Shown here: piece after piece, positions 51,858 through 62,351 of the stretch
How the letters are laid out: each line of letters begins with the position of its first letter
Position numbering within the stretch: position 1 is the first letter of the stretch
From: Paracoccaceae bacterium
GTDB lineage: Bacteria; Pseudomonadota; Alphaproteobacteria; Rhodobacterales; Rhodobacteraceae
Length of the DNA: 64,000 nt
Reading direction: 5' to 3'
NCBI GenBank assembly: GCA_965200885.1
Contig: OZ241737.1
Span: 782,214 to 846,213, forward strand
Program-made: the position numbers and the translations under genes
The notes under the pieces: generated by a model
What the model was told of the DNA's origin: nothing
Databases searched by the model: none
What the model saw: the letters and a program-made list of their open reading frames with translations, nothing else

Positions 51858-51887
51858 AATATTATCTAAAAAAATACAATCTAATTC

Positions 51888-51916
51888 TTGACTATTTATC
51901 TACCAATCCTTATTTC
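51888..51916 (+). promoter_or_regulatory. candidate tracrRNA promoter
   Basis: TTGACT (51888-51893), a 17-nt spacer, then TATTTC (51911-51916). This places a start about 5-7 nt downstream, at the beginning of the anti-repeat. Confidence 0.45.
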
Positions 51917-51920
51917 TTGA

Positions 51921-52011
51921 GTGTAGCAAATCCAGATCGGTATGGTAAGAAAATCGTAATAAGTTATTTATTAGCGAAAAATGAAGGTCGCATAGCGGCC
52001 TTCTTTTTTTT
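51921..52011 (+). ncRNA. tracrRNA
   Basis: Anti-repeat GAGTGTAGCAAATCCAGATCGGTATGG (51919-51945) is complementary to repeat nt 11-36 with two mismatches. CGTAAT (51955-51960) can pair with repeat nt 1-6. This is followed by AAG and a strong terminator GAAGGTCGC-ata-GCGGCCTTC plus a T-run (51983-52011). Confidence 0.8.
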
Positions 52012-52257
52012 GGGGGTAGTATCCGATTGATTCCAAGGATGAAGATGAAATGCAACCGAGTAATTCACTATGCTTAATTTCCTTAGAACATTGGCGTGCA
52101 TTGTAATGTATGAACGACATCTGGGACTGATTTGCCAATGATCGTGGAGTAATTTCTTTACAGCATATTGAAATACTTTGGATAGTACAAAGACTTGATG
52201 ACTTTTTGAGGAAATTTACTTGCCCGCCATAATTGGTGAAGTGCTTTTTCAATGGAA

Positions 52258-52354
52258 GTTTTAAAACTATACCCAGAAACTGCTGTAGGGATAATATTTG
52301 ATCAGACTCCCCCTATCAACCGATAGGGTATCTTCTTCCAATTCGACCAGACCT
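52258..52354. repeat. moeA 3' end plus 9 nt downstream (right direct repeat, attR-like)
   Basis: Partner of 45231-45328. It forms the functional 3' end of the intact moeA gene. Confidence 0.85.
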
Positions 52355-53520
52355 GCCGACCAGGACAGGCTGGTGGTCAAACCCGATCCTTCCGATGGAA
52401 AGATCTCAGCCAAACCTTCATCATTCATTCTGGCACGAAGGTATTCCCTGCGACCGGCTTTTTTGTGTTTCTCAAATGCTGCCGGAACCATGAAACCCAC
52501 TGGTGGTCTCCATAATTCACCCGACAATATACACATGGCCGGATGAGCAAAAACCAGGGAACAGACAAAGGCTGCAATGGGATTTCCAGGAAGTCCGAAA
52601 ATATAGGCATCCTGCCATCTTGAAAGGGCCAGTGGCCGACCTGGCTTCACAGCGATTCGCCAGAAGTTTAGCTGGCCTTCCCTCGACAGTAAATCGGATA
52701 CAAAATCTTCCATGCCCGATGAAGCACCACCGGAAGTCAGGATAATATCGGAACAAGACGCTCCCCGATTCAGACTGTTGCGCACATCATCCCTGTTATC
52801 CCCAACCATACCGAGATCAACAGGAACAAACCCCATCTTCTGTATCAGGGACAGAAGCATGGGTCTATTGGCATCAAAAACAGTTGCATTATCCATCATC
52901 ATGCCACTTTCGCACAATTCATTACCTGTAGACAAAACGCCCACACGGAGTTTGGCGTAGACATTTATTTTATCCACTCCTGATGAAACCAGGCTGGCCA
53001 GATCATTGGTTCTGATTTTATGACCTTTGTCAAACAACTGATCTCCAACCTTGATATCTTCACCGGCCAACCGGGTGTTGGCTCCCTTTTTTGGCCTTGA
53101 TTTAAAATGAAGCCGGTTGGAATCGATTTGAGAGTATTCCTGCAGATGTACTGTGTCCACACCCTCAGGCAAAGGAGCGCCAGTCAGTATCTTTATGGCT
53201 TTACCAAATGGCAGTGGCTTATCCAGTATCGAACCGGGCGCTGCATAACCACTTGCAAGTTCCAACTCATCATGTCTGGTTAAAGAGTCAAAGGCAAAGG
53301 CAAAGCCATCCACAGCTGAATTGGTCAACGGCGGATTGGCCCTCAGGGCGGTAACCTGTTTGGCGAGGATCCTGCCAACGGCCTTGTCCAAGGTAATTAC
53401 CTCAGATTTGTCCAGTGGGTTAAAACTGGATAAAATCCTACTTATGGCATCACCGACCGGGAGCCAATTCACCCCGGGGGGTAAGGCAAAGCAATCTGGA
53501 TCAGAAGTTTCAGTATTCAT
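52267..53520 (-). CDS. moeA: molybdopterin molybdotransferase
   Basis: MoeA pattern with VLSTGNEL and ILTSGGASSG motifs. 417 aa. Confidence 0.85.
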   Translation of the reverse strand: MNTETSDPDCFALPPGVNWLPVGDAISRILSSFNPLDKSEVITLDKAVGRILAKQVTALRANPPLTNSAVDGFAFAFDSLTRHDELELASGYAAPGSILDKPLPFGKAIKILTGAPLPEGVDTVHLQEYSQIDSNRLHFKSRPKKGANTRLAGEDIKVGDQLFDKGHKIRTNDLASLVSSGVDKINVYAKLRVGVLSTGNELCESGMMMDNATVFDANRPMLLSLIQKMGFVPVDLGMVGDNRDDVRNSLNRGASCSDIILTSGGASSGMEDFVSDLLSREGQLNFWRIAVKPGRPLALSRWQDAYIFGLPGNPIAAFVCSLVFAHPAMCILSGELWRPPVGFMVPAAFEKHKKAGRREYLRARMNDEGLAEIFPSEGSGLTTSLSWSAGLVELEEDTLSVDRGSLIKYYPYSSFWV

Positions 53521-53554
53521 TTGACCAATTATCCTACCTCAAGTTGAATCATTG

Positions 53555-54061
53555 TCACGAATGAAGATCAAAAGTATTCACAACAAATTCAGCGATTCCA
53601 TTGATATCGTCAAGGTCAAATGCCGGCAAGTTTTGTTCAGGCACTGGCCTGTCAGAAACTATGGCAATTATATCCTTGTCATCTGGGGCAAGATCAGGAC
53701 CGGATGAATCTTCCCTACGGATTTCCAACTTTGGAAAAGAAAGACTCTTGAAACCTTCCACAAGCACCAGTTCAGCATCCTCAAGCTTGCCCAGCATTGT
53801 CGTGAAATCAGGTCTGCTGTTTTCGGATTCTTGATGGATTAGGGCCCAACGCCTTGATGATACTATAAGCACCTCTTTTGCACCAGCTTTGCGGTGCTTG
53901 TAACTATCAGTGCCAGGCTGGTCAATGTCAAAATCGTGATGGGCATGCTTGAGGGTTGAAACCCGAATGCTCCGGCTTGTCAATTCGGTAATCAGGGAAC
54001 TTATCAGGGTGGTTTTTCCCGAATTCTTCCACCCGGCAATTCCAAGAATGTTCATTTGCAA
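53555..54061 (-). CDS. mobB: molybdopterin-guanine dinucleotide biosynthesis adaptor protein
   Basis: Walker A GWKNSGKTTL. 168 aa. Overlaps the end of mobA. Confidence 0.8.
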   Translation of the reverse strand: MQMNILGIAGWKNSGKTTLISSLITELTSRSIRVSTLKHAHHDFDIDQPGTDSYKHRKAGAKEVLIVSSRRWALIHQESENSRPDFTTMLGKLEDAELVLVEGFKSLSFPKLEIRREDSSGPDLAPDDKDIIAIVSDRPVPEQNLPAFDLDDINGIAEFVVNTFDLHS

Positions 54062-54696
54062 TACCGCATCATTTTTTCAGCCTCCACAAGATCGCTTGGT
54101 GTGTTGATATTGAAAAAGGGATCCATCTTGCCAGTCGGAAACTCCACAATTTCAGCATTGTGTTGATCGGCCCATTGTACGATTTTTCGTACTCCCTTTT
54201 TTAGATTTTCCCTTAAATCATGCCTTAGATCAACAGACCAAAGTCCAAAAGTGGGATGTCTGTACAATCTATCGGTTTCCTGATCCCTGGTAGCAGCCAA
54301 TATGATACGTGCATTGCTTTCCAAATGTTGGGTCAACAACCTAAAAACCAGATCATCAGGGAAGAACGGGGTATCGCCAGCGATGGTTACCACAAGCCCA
54401 AAGCCTTGGTGATGAGCCCAGTCCATACCAGCGAGTATTCCGGCCAGGGGACCATACCTTTCTTCAAAAGCATCTGATAGCAATGGCAAGCCCAATTCAG
54501 AGTAATGCGATGGGTCATTATTGGTATTTAGTGCCAATTCTGATACCTGAGGACTGATTCTCTCAATGACAATATCGAGAATCTTCCTGTTTCCGATGAC
54601 TTTTTGGGTCTTGTCCCCACCCCCCATTCTGGTTGCCAATCCACCAGCCAATACCACACCCGCCATGGAAGTGTTCTGTTCCCTCGAGAGGGTCAT
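54052..54696 (-). CDS. mobA: molybdenum cofactor guanylyltransferase
   Basis: VLAGGLATRMGGGDK N-terminal motif. 214 aa. Confidence 0.8.
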   Translation of the reverse strand: MTLSREQNTSMAGVVLAGGLATRMGGGDKTQKVIGNRKILDIVIERISPQVSELALNTNNDPSHYSELGLPLLSDAFEERYGPLAGILAGMDWAHHQGFGLVVTIAGDTPFFPDDLVFRLLTQHLESNARIILAATRDQETDRLYRHPTFGLWSVDLRHDLRENLKKGVRKIVQWADQHNAEIVEFPTGKMDPFFNINTPSDLVEAEKMMRYCK

Positions 54697-54721
54697 TAAC
54701 AGATATCCATTGTACTAAACA

Positions 54722-55609
54722 TCAATCAGCCTTGGCACCTTTCCTTTGATGCTTTCTCGCTTCATTCCCAATTTTTTCAGGTGATACGTTTCTTTCCAAA
54801 CGCTCCTCTCCTGCCAGGCAAATAAACCTCCTGCCTCTCATTCTTCCTATGAGTGTAAGATCGACCTTTCTTGCAATTTCCACCCCCCATGCCGTAAAAC
54901 CGGATCTTGAAACCAAGGCCGGAATACCCATGAGGGCGGTTTTCAGGATCATTTCCGAAGTCAATCTTCCCGTGGTGTAAAGCAATTTGTCTTCAGGTGG
55001 AATATCATTGGATTTCATCCAGCCGTTAATTTTGTCAACGGCATTGTGGCGACCGACATCTTCCATGTAAACCAGGGTTTGATCTTCCTTGCAGAGAACC
55101 GTGCCGTGAATTGCTCCAGCTTCCAAATAGAGGCTTGGTGTCAGGTTGATTGATTTTGCCAGATGATACAACCAGGAGGTTTTGACCTTCAAAAATGGCA
55201 ATTGCAATCCTTCGATCAATTCCATTTGATCACCAAATACCGTGCCTACGGCACATCCACTTGTTCGGGTTTTCTTTTGCAGTTTCACCTCAAAATTCGT
55301 GGTTTCGGTCGTCCGAACCACAACTGTTTGCAAGTCCCGGTCATAATCTACCCTTTCCACGAACTCGTAAGAATGCAACATTCCCTGATTGAACAAGAAA
55401 CCAAGTGCCAGATATTCCGGATAATCACCGATGGTCATTACGGTAACTATTTCAGTTGAATTCAGGAATATTGTCAGGGGTTTCTCTTCAACGACTTTAA
55501 TTTCTTCGGGCAGTCCCTCATGGGAAAGACCCTTGACACTTCTTGTCAACTCAGGGTGCTTTGGATCCGGACAGATCAAATAGTTTCTGTTCCACCTGGA
55601 TTCTGCCAT
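54722..55609 (-). CDS. fdhD: formate dehydrogenase accessory sulfurtransferase FdhD
   Basis: FdhD/NarQ-family length and pattern (..EDVGRHNAVDK.., ..SGR.S.E...K). Lies in the Moco gene cluster. Confidence 0.75.
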   Translation of the reverse strand: MAESRWNRNYLICPDPKHPELTRSVKGLSHEGLPEEIKVVEEKPLTIFLNSTEIVTVMTIGDYPEYLALGFLFNQGMLHSYEFVERVDYDRDLQTVVVRTTETTNFEVKLQKKTRTSGCAVGTVFGDQMELIEGLQLPFLKVKTSWLYHLAKSINLTPSLYLEAGAIHGTVLCKEDQTLVYMEDVGRHNAVDKINGWMKSNDIPPEDKLLYTTGRLTSEMILKTALMGIPALVSRSGFTAWGVEIARKVDLTLIGRMRGRRFICLAGEERLERNVSPEKIGNEARKHQRKGAKAD

Positions 55610-55920
55610 AATTCTCGAAAATGCTTGATTTGTTGTTCTTGAGCCAGCGATTATACCTGAAAATGCTTACCTGTATGGGAATAAATCTGATATCCAATGC
55701 AAATAACCAAAAAGTTTGGAATAATAAACCTTGTTCAAGGAAAAATGTTATTGTCTTGCTTCAAGAACCATTATGCCATCAGCCATGGTTGTAACAAGTT
55801 TGGAAATAATCGATAACTTGTCATTTTTGGAACGTGTCTGACATTTAGTTATTGGTTAATTGTGTCGTAAATCAATATGGTCATTTTGTTGGCTGAAATG
55901 TTGAATGGGGAATTGATGGC

Positions 55921-56217
55921 ATGGCGGGTAATACATATAATGCCGAACAGGCTGAACTTCTGGCCATCAAGGTATTGGAGTGGATTGCAACGAATCCGAA
56001 CCTTTTTGCAACCTTCCTGAACATGACAGGCAGTACCAGAGAATCGATAACGGACAACTATGGGAATAGTGAATTCCTGGCGTCTGTAATGGATTTTTTG
56101 CTTATGCAGAAGGATGTATTGATCCTGGAATGCTGCCAATATGTATCTGTTTCACCCGAAGACCCGTTGAAAGCCAGAAGGGCCTTGCCCGGAGGAGAGG
56201 AATTTAACTGGACATGA
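55921..56217 (+). CDS. DUF3572-like small protein
   Basis: 98 aa with the pattern ..AE.LA...L.WI...P.L...FL..TG. Recognised by eye only. Confidence 0.45.
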   Translation: MAGNTYNAEQAELLAIKVLEWIATNPNLFATFLNMTGSTRESITDNYGNSEFLASVMDFLLMQKDVLILECCQYVSVSPEDPLKARRALPGGEEFNWT

Positions 56218-56933
56218 CAGGTCACAACCGCTTCAAGGGTATAATTTTTGACAAGGATGGAACCCTCTTTGATTTTCAAAGTACCTGGTCTCCCATGATG
56301 ACGACCCTTTTGAATGAGCTATGTGGAGGTGACAGGGAATGTTCCAGACAAAAAGGGCAATTATTGGGTTTTGACCTTGACAATGGATTATACCTGCCTG
56401 AAAGCCCATTTATTGCCGGAACCCCAGAACAGTTTGTCGAGCAATTGCTTGTGCTATTCAAAGATTGGTCCGAGATGGAATTAATCCGTTTGGTGAATAA
56501 AATTACCAAAGATACGGAACAGGTTGAGGTGGTGTCCCTCGAACCTTTCCTGACAAAATTCCAAAAGGCCGGTTATGCTCTTGGGGTAGCCACCAATGAC
56601 AGTAAGGAGGATGCCATAAAACAACTCGACGAAAAGGGCATTCTTAAATATTTCGATTTTCTTGCCGGTTTCGACAGCGGTTATGGATCCAAACCTGATC
56701 CGGACATGCTTCTGGCCTTTTGTCAACAAACACGGATCCAACCTGCGGAAACCGTCATGGTCGGAGATAGCAAAAGCGATCTTCTAGCAGGAAAAAGGGC
56801 TGGCATGTTTACCGTGGCAGTCTTGTCTGGTGTTGCTAAATCCGAAGACCTCGCACAGCATGCAAATTTAATTATCCGGGATGTAGGTGGACTTTGGGAT
56901 GGTTTAAACCGAAAATTTCAACTTAATCCATGA
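56214..56933 (+). CDS. HAD-superfamily hydrolase (phosphoglycolate phosphatase-like)
   Basis: Motif I IIFDKDGTL, motif II VATND, motif III/IV KPDPDML..VGDSKSD. Confidence 0.8.
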   Translation: MTGHNRFKGIIFDKDGTLFDFQSTWSPMMTTLLNELCGGDRECSRQKGQLLGFDLDNGLYLPESPFIAGTPEQFVEQLLVLFKDWSEMELIRLVNKITKDTEQVEVVSLEPFLTKFQKAGYALGVATNDSKEDAIKQLDEKGILKYFDFLAGFDSGYGSKPDPDMLLAFCQQTRIQPAETVMVGDSKSDLLAGKRAGMFTVAVLSGVAKSEDLAQHANLIIRDVGGLWDGLNRKFQLNP

Positions 56934-57079
56934 TTGGAAAAAGCAACATTTGTGCAGCAAGTGAAAAGATAAAGTGCAATTTGAGCATTGTCCTCTGCAC
57001 TTTTGATCAATGCATTTTCACCCCCGGAATGATTTTCTTCAACCAGCGATCCAATAATTCTTCAAGGAAAAATCACATT

Positions 57080-57694
57080 CTAGCGAATGTCCCCAATGTT
57101 TTCCATGTGATGTACAAGTTCCTTGATTCCCTTGCCAAACTTCAATTGACCAAAAACGTATGGTCGTCCTGCTCTCATCTTTTCGGCATCCCGCTTCATG
57201 ACATCAAGATCAACTCCTACATGGGGAGCCAGATCGGTCTTGTTGATAATCAGAATATCAGAACGGGTTATGGCCGGACCTCCCTTGCGCGGTATTTCCT
57301 CACCAGCCGCAACATCAATGACATATATCGTCATGTCGGCAAGTTCGGGGGAAAATGTTGCAGAAAGATTGTCACCGCCAGATTCAATCAATACCAGTTC
57401 AAGATCGGAATGCACTTCGCAAAGCTCTTCAATCGCAGCAATATTTATTGAGGCATCTTCACGAATTGCAGTGTGTGGGCAACCCCCAGTCTCAACGCCC
57501 TTAATGCGATTTGAAGAGAGGGCCTGTAAACGCAAAAGGGCATCTGCATCCTCCCTCGTGTAAATGTCATTGGTTACAACAGCCATGGAAATATCCTTGC
57601 TGAAAACCTTGCACAAGGCAGCAACGAGTGTGGTTTTACCGGAACCAACGGGTCCTCCAATCCCGACACGAAGTGGGCCATGGGGACTTCTCAT
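57080..57694 (-). CDS. ureG: urease accessory GTPase UreG
   Basis: [11 protein letters not shown]-loop, ESGGDNL, INKTDL. Confidence 0.9.
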   Translation of the reverse strand: MRSPHGPLRVGIGGPVGSGKTTLVAALCKVFSKDISMAVVTNDIYTREDADALLRLQALSSNRIKGVETGGCPHTAIREDASINIAAIEELCEVHSDLELVLIESGGDNLSATFSPELADMTIYVIDVAAGEEIPRKGGPAITRSDILIINKTDLAPHVGVDLDVMKRDAEKMRAGRPYVFGQLKFGKGIKELVHHMENIGDIR

Positions 57695-58383
57695 GTTCGA
57701 AATATCCTGGTGTATTGGTTTTCATGTTGCATTGAAGCTATTTCAGTCAAGAAGGCAACCGAGGCAAGTTTGGAAAGATCACCATCGCGTGTTTCATTTG
57801 CAACCTCTGGGCATTTCAGTGTCAAACGCCTGAGAATTGCCTGTCCCTCCAACTGACCTACAGCCAGTAGTCGTTGACCGGCAGTAACAAGATTGGACAT
57901 GAAGGCTTGAAGATAAAGTTGTTGCGTCGATTTGAGAGGTAAACCTTCCTGTACTGCAGCAGCGCCAAGTGCGACCGGATAAGTCAACTTATCTGCTCTA
58001 ATATCCCAGATAGACAAGACCTTGCCAAAAGCCCGCCCCAAAGCCTCAGACTCTAACCTTCTTTCGGCAGTAACCGCAAAGGCCCGGGCGGTTTGGTTTA
58101 TTTCGTAAAGACATTGAGAGGTCTTGGCCAGATATGAAGCTGCCAGTAGAAGCGAATCAGCCCTTCCAGTGCCATGGAGCAATACATCTTCCAACCAATC
58201 TTCCAGTTCTGGCCCATCCTTGACCCATCCCTGTCCAACAGCGCTTTCCAGGCCGTGACTGTATGCAAATGATCCCACGGGAAAAGCCGGTGAAAGCCAT
58301 TGTGTGAGGGTAAGGAACTGGATATCAGTGAGCATGTGTCCGGGTGTTTCCATAGGCACCACCTTCAGGTGTAAATGGTTCAT
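57691..58383 (-). CDS. ureF: urease accessory protein UreF
   Basis: [17 protein letters not shown] motif. The real start is probably an internal Met, because the ORF overlaps the end of ureE. Confidence 0.8.
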   Translation of the reverse strand: MNHLHLKVVPMETPGHMLTDIQFLTLTQWLSPAFPVGSFAYSHGLESAVGQGWVKDGPELEDWLEDVLLHGTGRADSLLLAASYLAKTSQCLYEINQTARAFAVTAERRLESEALGRAFGKVLSIWDIRADKLTYPVALGAAAVQEGLPLKSTQQLYLQAFMSNLVTAGQRLLAVGQLEGQAILRRLTLKCPEVANETRDGDLSKLASVAFLTEIASMQHENQYTRIFRT

Positions 58384-58756
58384 TCACACTTGTGACAATG
58401 GCGCCGAGTTTTAGCAGCATGGTTTTGATAACATGGTTGTGCTGGATCAGAAGACGCCCAGACTCAATTTGACAAGGCGTGTGTCGGTTGCCTATGTGCC
58501 AGGCAAGACGGACCAAATTTCCCTTGACTTCCAACAAATCTTCATTGGCCGGAACAACACCAACCAGACGACCATCTTCCAATACAAAAGCATCATGCCG
58601 ATTCAATGAAGTCGTTTTGGCCAAATCCACCCGAAACCTCAAGCCATTTTCGGAGGTGAGGACTTTTCGGCGAAGAAACCGTTCCTCATAATCCATGATG
58701 ATAATGTCATCGGTCTTTTTTGCATGTTTGATGTTCCGGCTGATAACAAGCGACAT
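58325..58756 (-). CDS. ureE: urease accessory metallochaperone UreE
   Basis: LAWHIGNRHTP motif. Its position in the ure operon fits. Confidence 0.8.
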   Translation of the reverse strand: MSLVISRNIKHAKKTDDIIIMDYEERFLRRKVLTSENGLRFRVDLAKTTSLNRHDAFVLEDGRLVGVVPANEDLLEVKGNLVRLAWHIGNRHTPCQIESGRLLIQHNHVIKTMLLKLGAIVTSVNEPFTPEGGAYGNTRTHAH

Positions 58757-58763
58757 TTTATCA

Positions 58764-60473
58764 TCAAAACAGGAAATATCTTTGCGCCAAGGGCAGCGTC
58801 TCTGCAGGCAGGCAGGTCAAGAGCTCACCATTGGCCCTTACCTCATAGGTTTCCGGGTCCACTTCCATATCAGGAGTCGCACTGTTCAGTGGCAAGTCCT
58901 TTTTGCCAATTCCACGTGTGTTTTTCACGGCTAGGGTGGTTTTGGACAATCCAAGTCGAGATCCGATTCCCATGTCTTGTGCTGCTTCACTGACAAATGT
59001 CACCGCAGATGACTCCACACTTTTGCCATAGGCGCCAAACATCGGGCGTGAATAAACAGGTTGCGGTGTAGGAATCGAAGCGTTGGGATCACCCATTTGG
59101 GCCATGGCGATTGTTCCGCCGATAAGCACCAAATCTGGTTTGACACCAAAGAATGCCGGATCCCAAAGAACAAGATCAGCTCGCTTGCCGTCTGCTACTG
59201 ATCCAATTTCATGTGCGATTCCGTGTGCAATGGCGGGATTTATTGTATATTTCGCGATATAGCGGCGAACACGAAAATTGTCGTTATTCCCTTTTTCTCC
59301 AGATAACCGTCCCCTTTGCTTCTTCATTTTGTCAGCTGTCTGCCATGTACGTATAATCACCTCTCCCACCCGACCCATGGCCTGGCTGTCGGAAGCGATG
59401 ATCGAAAAGGCCCCCATGTCGTGAAGTATGTCCTCGGCAGCTATGGTCTCGCGTCTAATGCGACTTTCAGCGAAGGCCACATCTTCAGGAATGGTTTTAT
59501 CGAGGTGATGGCAAACCAGAAGCATATCCAGATGCTCTTCCAGAGTGTTGATCGTGAATGGTCTTGTTGGATTTGTTGATGAAGGAAGAACGTGATCCTC
59601 GCCACAAATCTTGATTATATCTGGTGCATGCCCACCCCCTGCACCTTCGGTATGAAAGGCATGGATTGTTCGACCCTTCATGGCCTTGACGGTGTTTTCA
59701 ACAAAACCACTTTCATTGAGTGTATCAGTATGAATCATGACCTGCACATCCATCGCATCGGCCACATTCAGGCAACAGTCTATGGTGCCGGGTGTTGTAC
59801 CCCAATCCTCATGCAATTTCAAAGCGCAGGCACCTCCATTGACCTGCTCTTCCAGGGCAGCAGGCAGGGAGGCATTTCCTTTGCCGGCAAAAGCGAGATT
59901 CATGGGAAAGGCATCTGCTGCCTGAAGCATGCGACCAATGTGCCAGGAACCTGGTGTACAGGTAGTGGCAAGAGTGCCTTGGGCTGGACCAGTGCCTCCT
60001 CCAAGCATGGTGGTCAATCCTGAATGCAAGGCATCCTCGATTTGTTGTGGACAAATAAAATGAATGTGACTGTCAAAGCCACCAGCTGTCAGTATCTTGC
60101 CTTCACCCGCAATAGCTTCGGTACCCGGTCCGATAATTATATCAACACCTGATTGTGTATCGGGATTTCCAGCCTTGCCGATTTTGGCTATTCGGCCATC
60201 CCTTATGCCCACATCTGCCTTGTAAATTCCGGTATAATCAACGATCAATGCATTTGTGATCACCGTATCCATTGATCCTTCAGCACGGGTACTCTGAGAT
60301 TGTCCCATTCCATCGCGAATCACCTTGCCACCACCGAACTTGACCTCATCACCATAAATCGTGTGATCTCTTTCAACTTCAATTATCAAATCGGTATCAG
60401 CGAGTCTGACCCTGTCCCCGGTTGTAGGACCAAACATGGCTGCATAATCATGGCGTGAGATTTTTGTCGGCAT
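58764..60473 (-). CDS. ureC: urease subunit alpha
   Basis: 569 aa with [30 protein letters not shown] and [13 protein letters not shown]. Confidence 0.95.
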   Translation of the reverse strand: MPTKISRHDYAAMFGPTTGDRVRLADTDLIIEVERDHTIYGDEVKFGGGKVIRDGMGQSQSTRAEGSMDTVITNALIVDYTGIYKADVGIRDGRIAKIGKAGNPDTQSGVDIIIGPGTEAIAGEGKILTAGGFDSHIHFICPQQIEDALHSGLTTMLGGGTGPAQGTLATTCTPGSWHIGRMLQAADAFPMNLAFAGKGNASLPAALEEQVNGGACALKLHEDWGTTPGTIDCCLNVADAMDVQVMIHTDTLNESGFVENTVKAMKGRTIHAFHTEGAGGGHAPDIIKICGEDHVLPSSTNPTRPFTINTLEEHLDMLLVCHHLDKTIPEDVAFAESRIRRETIAAEDILHDMGAFSIIASDSQAMGRVGEVIIRTWQTADKMKKQRGRLSGEKGNNDNFRVRRYIAKYTINPAIAHGIAHEIGSVADGKRADLVLWDPAFFGVKPDLVLIGGTIAMAQMGDPNASIPTPQPVYSRPMFGAYGKSVESSAVTFVSEAAQDMGIGSRLGLSKTTLAVKNTRGIGKKDLPLNSATPDMEVDPETYEVRANGELLTCLPAETLPLAQRYFLF

Positions 60474-60778
60474 CAGAGATTTCCCATTATCTTTTGGTTG
60501 AACCCAAACACCCTTCGCTTGCCACCCAGGGGAATGAGTTGTACTTCTCGGCGCTGACCAGGCTCGAAGCGTACTGCAGTACCTGCCGCGATATCAAGCC
60601 GCATGCCCCGAGCCAAATCACGATCAAATTCCAAGGCCGGGTTTGCCTCACCAAAATGATAATGTGAACCAACCTGTATAGGCCGGTCGCCTGTATTGGC
60701 CACCATTAGCCTGGTTTCTTTCGCATTCTCATTGAGGGTAATTTCATCAGGACCAACAAATATCTCTCCAGGAATCAT
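60473..60778 (-). CDS. ureB: urease subunit beta
   Basis: MIPGEI.. N-terminus and [12 protein letters not shown]. Confidence 0.9.
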   Translation of the reverse strand: MIPGEIFVGPDEITLNENAKETRLMVANTGDRPIQVGSHYHFGEANPALEFDRDLARGMRLDIAAGTAVRFEPGQRREVQLIPLGGKRRVFGFNQKIMGNL

Positions 60779-60847
60779 GCTCTTACCTTTGCGGGTTTGG
60801 AAAACATATCAAAAAACATCGTAGAATATCAGGCAAGGGGTAACTCC

Positions 60848-61150
60848 TCAACGAATGGGATTGTGAACTGTTACAAGTTTTGTTCCATCAGGAAAAGTTG
60901 CTTCCACTTGCACATCATGGATCATCTCGGCCACGCCATGCATGCACTGATCCCTGGCAATGACATTCGCCCCGGTCTCCATCAGGTCGGCGACCGTTCG
61001 TCCATCGCGTGCTCCTTCAACCACCGCATCAGTGATCAGGGCAACAGCCTCGGGATGATTCAGTTTCACACCGCGTTTCAACCTTTTCCTGGCAACTTCG
61101 GCTGCCATGGCTATGAGAAGCTTTTCTTTTTCTCGTGGAGTCAGTTTCAT
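60848..61150 (-). CDS. ureA: urease subunit gamma
   Basis: Start at [12 protein letters not shown]. 100 aa. Confidence 0.9.
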   Translation of the reverse strand: MKLTPREKEKLLIAMAAEVARKRLKRGVKLNHPEAVALITDAVVEGARDGRTVADLMETGANVIARDQCMHGVAEMIHDVQVEATFPDGTKLVTVHNPIR

Positions 61151-61151
61151 C

Positions 61152-62021
61152 TCAAATAATCCAGCACTTGGGTATGACACCCTTATTCAGATGTTTTAGT
61201 ATCGGTATCAGATTGGAGCGCAATTCATCACTGTCTTTGGCCAGCAGGCGCATGTTCAGTACATCATCATGGATCAGACTGACTCCTGCATGGCGCGGCA
61301 ACATTCGATGGAGGAGGTCCCTTTTGGCATCCGCATCATCTGCCACATAAACCAAGGAAGCCATCGTGTAGGCACCAACAGCTATACCAAGTCGATTCAA
61401 CGTTGCCTGCACATCCGATTGCAATCCAATGCGCTCCAGGAAAATCGGGTTTCCATCTCGCCTTATTTCAATACAGTCCAGGAACGAGGCACAATGCAGT
61501 GCCTCTCCCATTTCGAATCGCCCGAATACCAAAGGCTCTGCCATCAACAATTTGGCATCTTCTGACAAATCAATTGTCAATGACCGGTTCAGGCAACAAC
61601 CATCAAAGAGAATGGTCTCTTGTGGCAGCCAGTTTATTCTTGCTCCCTTTTCCACTTCCAGATGGGCATGAACCTGTCCCGTCTCTCCCGGCAGGGCACG
61701 ATAGATACGCTCGGCAGCCTGGGTAGTGAGAGTCAATGTTGTCCTTGGCTCCGCTCGTACCGAAAGTGAGAAATGATCGCCCCCCGTGACACCACCTGCG
61801 CAATTCAACAGGACAGCTTCCAATGAAGCACCATCACGACGCGGAAAAAGGCACTTTAACGAACCTGATTGTCGTAATCTCCTTATTGCGGATTGCCCAT
61901 CTCGTGCTTTGGTTTCAAGTACAACTTCGCCCTTGGCCCGTTCCAATATTGATTCGAGGCGAATCATGTCAATCAAATCATGCCTGGTCTCAAAATCACA
62001 GGTATTCACATTGTACTCCAT
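61152..62021 (-). CDS. ureD: urease accessory protein UreD/UreH
   Basis: First gene of the ure operon. 289 aa with a UreD-like pattern (..GGVTGGD..). Confidence 0.75.
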   Translation of the reverse strand: MEYNVNTCDFETRHDLIDMIRLESILERAKGEVVLETKARDGQSAIRRLRQSGSLKCLFPRRDGASLEAVLLNCAGGVTGGDHFSLSVRAEPRTTLTLTTQAAERIYRALPGETGQVHAHLEVEKGARINWLPQETILFDGCCLNRSLTIDLSEDAKLLMAEPLVFGRFEMGEALHCASFLDCIEIRRDGNPIFLERIGLQSDVQATLNRLGIAVGAYTMASLVYVADDADAKRDLLHRMLPRHAGVSLIHDDVLNMRLLAKDSDELRSNLIPILKHLNKGVIPKCWII

Positions 62022-62351
62022 TGAGGGGAAATTCGCCTAGAGTTACCATAATAATCATTGTGCCATGTGTTGTTGTTCAAATTTTTTTGAATAATTTTTC
62101 TCACAATCTCTAGGCACATTGTAACAATTTTTTCCATCATTTGAATTTTCTCAACAATTTTACCTGCCCGACAGTTTTTCAAATTAAAACCATTGCTTTT
62201 CCTAATATTCTTTTTGTCCGATGCAAACTGCCGTATCCATCAATAGGGAAACCAATTGAAATTTAATTGAATTTGGTGTTTTTCTTTGCAAGGATTTAAA
62301 TTTTAATTTTCAGAAAACATTATTTATCGAGAGCATTTCAGGGAGGTTTTC

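Noticed and set aside
51868-51945. Alternative minus-strand tracrRNA (CCAUACCGAUCUGGAUUUGCUACACUC-AAGAAAUAAGG.. ending in a U-run)
   Set aside because: It would pair with a minus-strand crRNA, but it has no convincing terminator hairpin or nexus stem. The + strand version has a promoter-like TTGACT-17-TATTTC, a lower-stem complement to repeat nt 1-6, and a strong intrinsic terminator. I kept it as the stated refutation test.
56930-57451. 173-aa + strand ORF downstream of the HAD gene
   Set aside because: It lies antisense to ureG, which has unambiguous motifs, and it has no motif support of its own.
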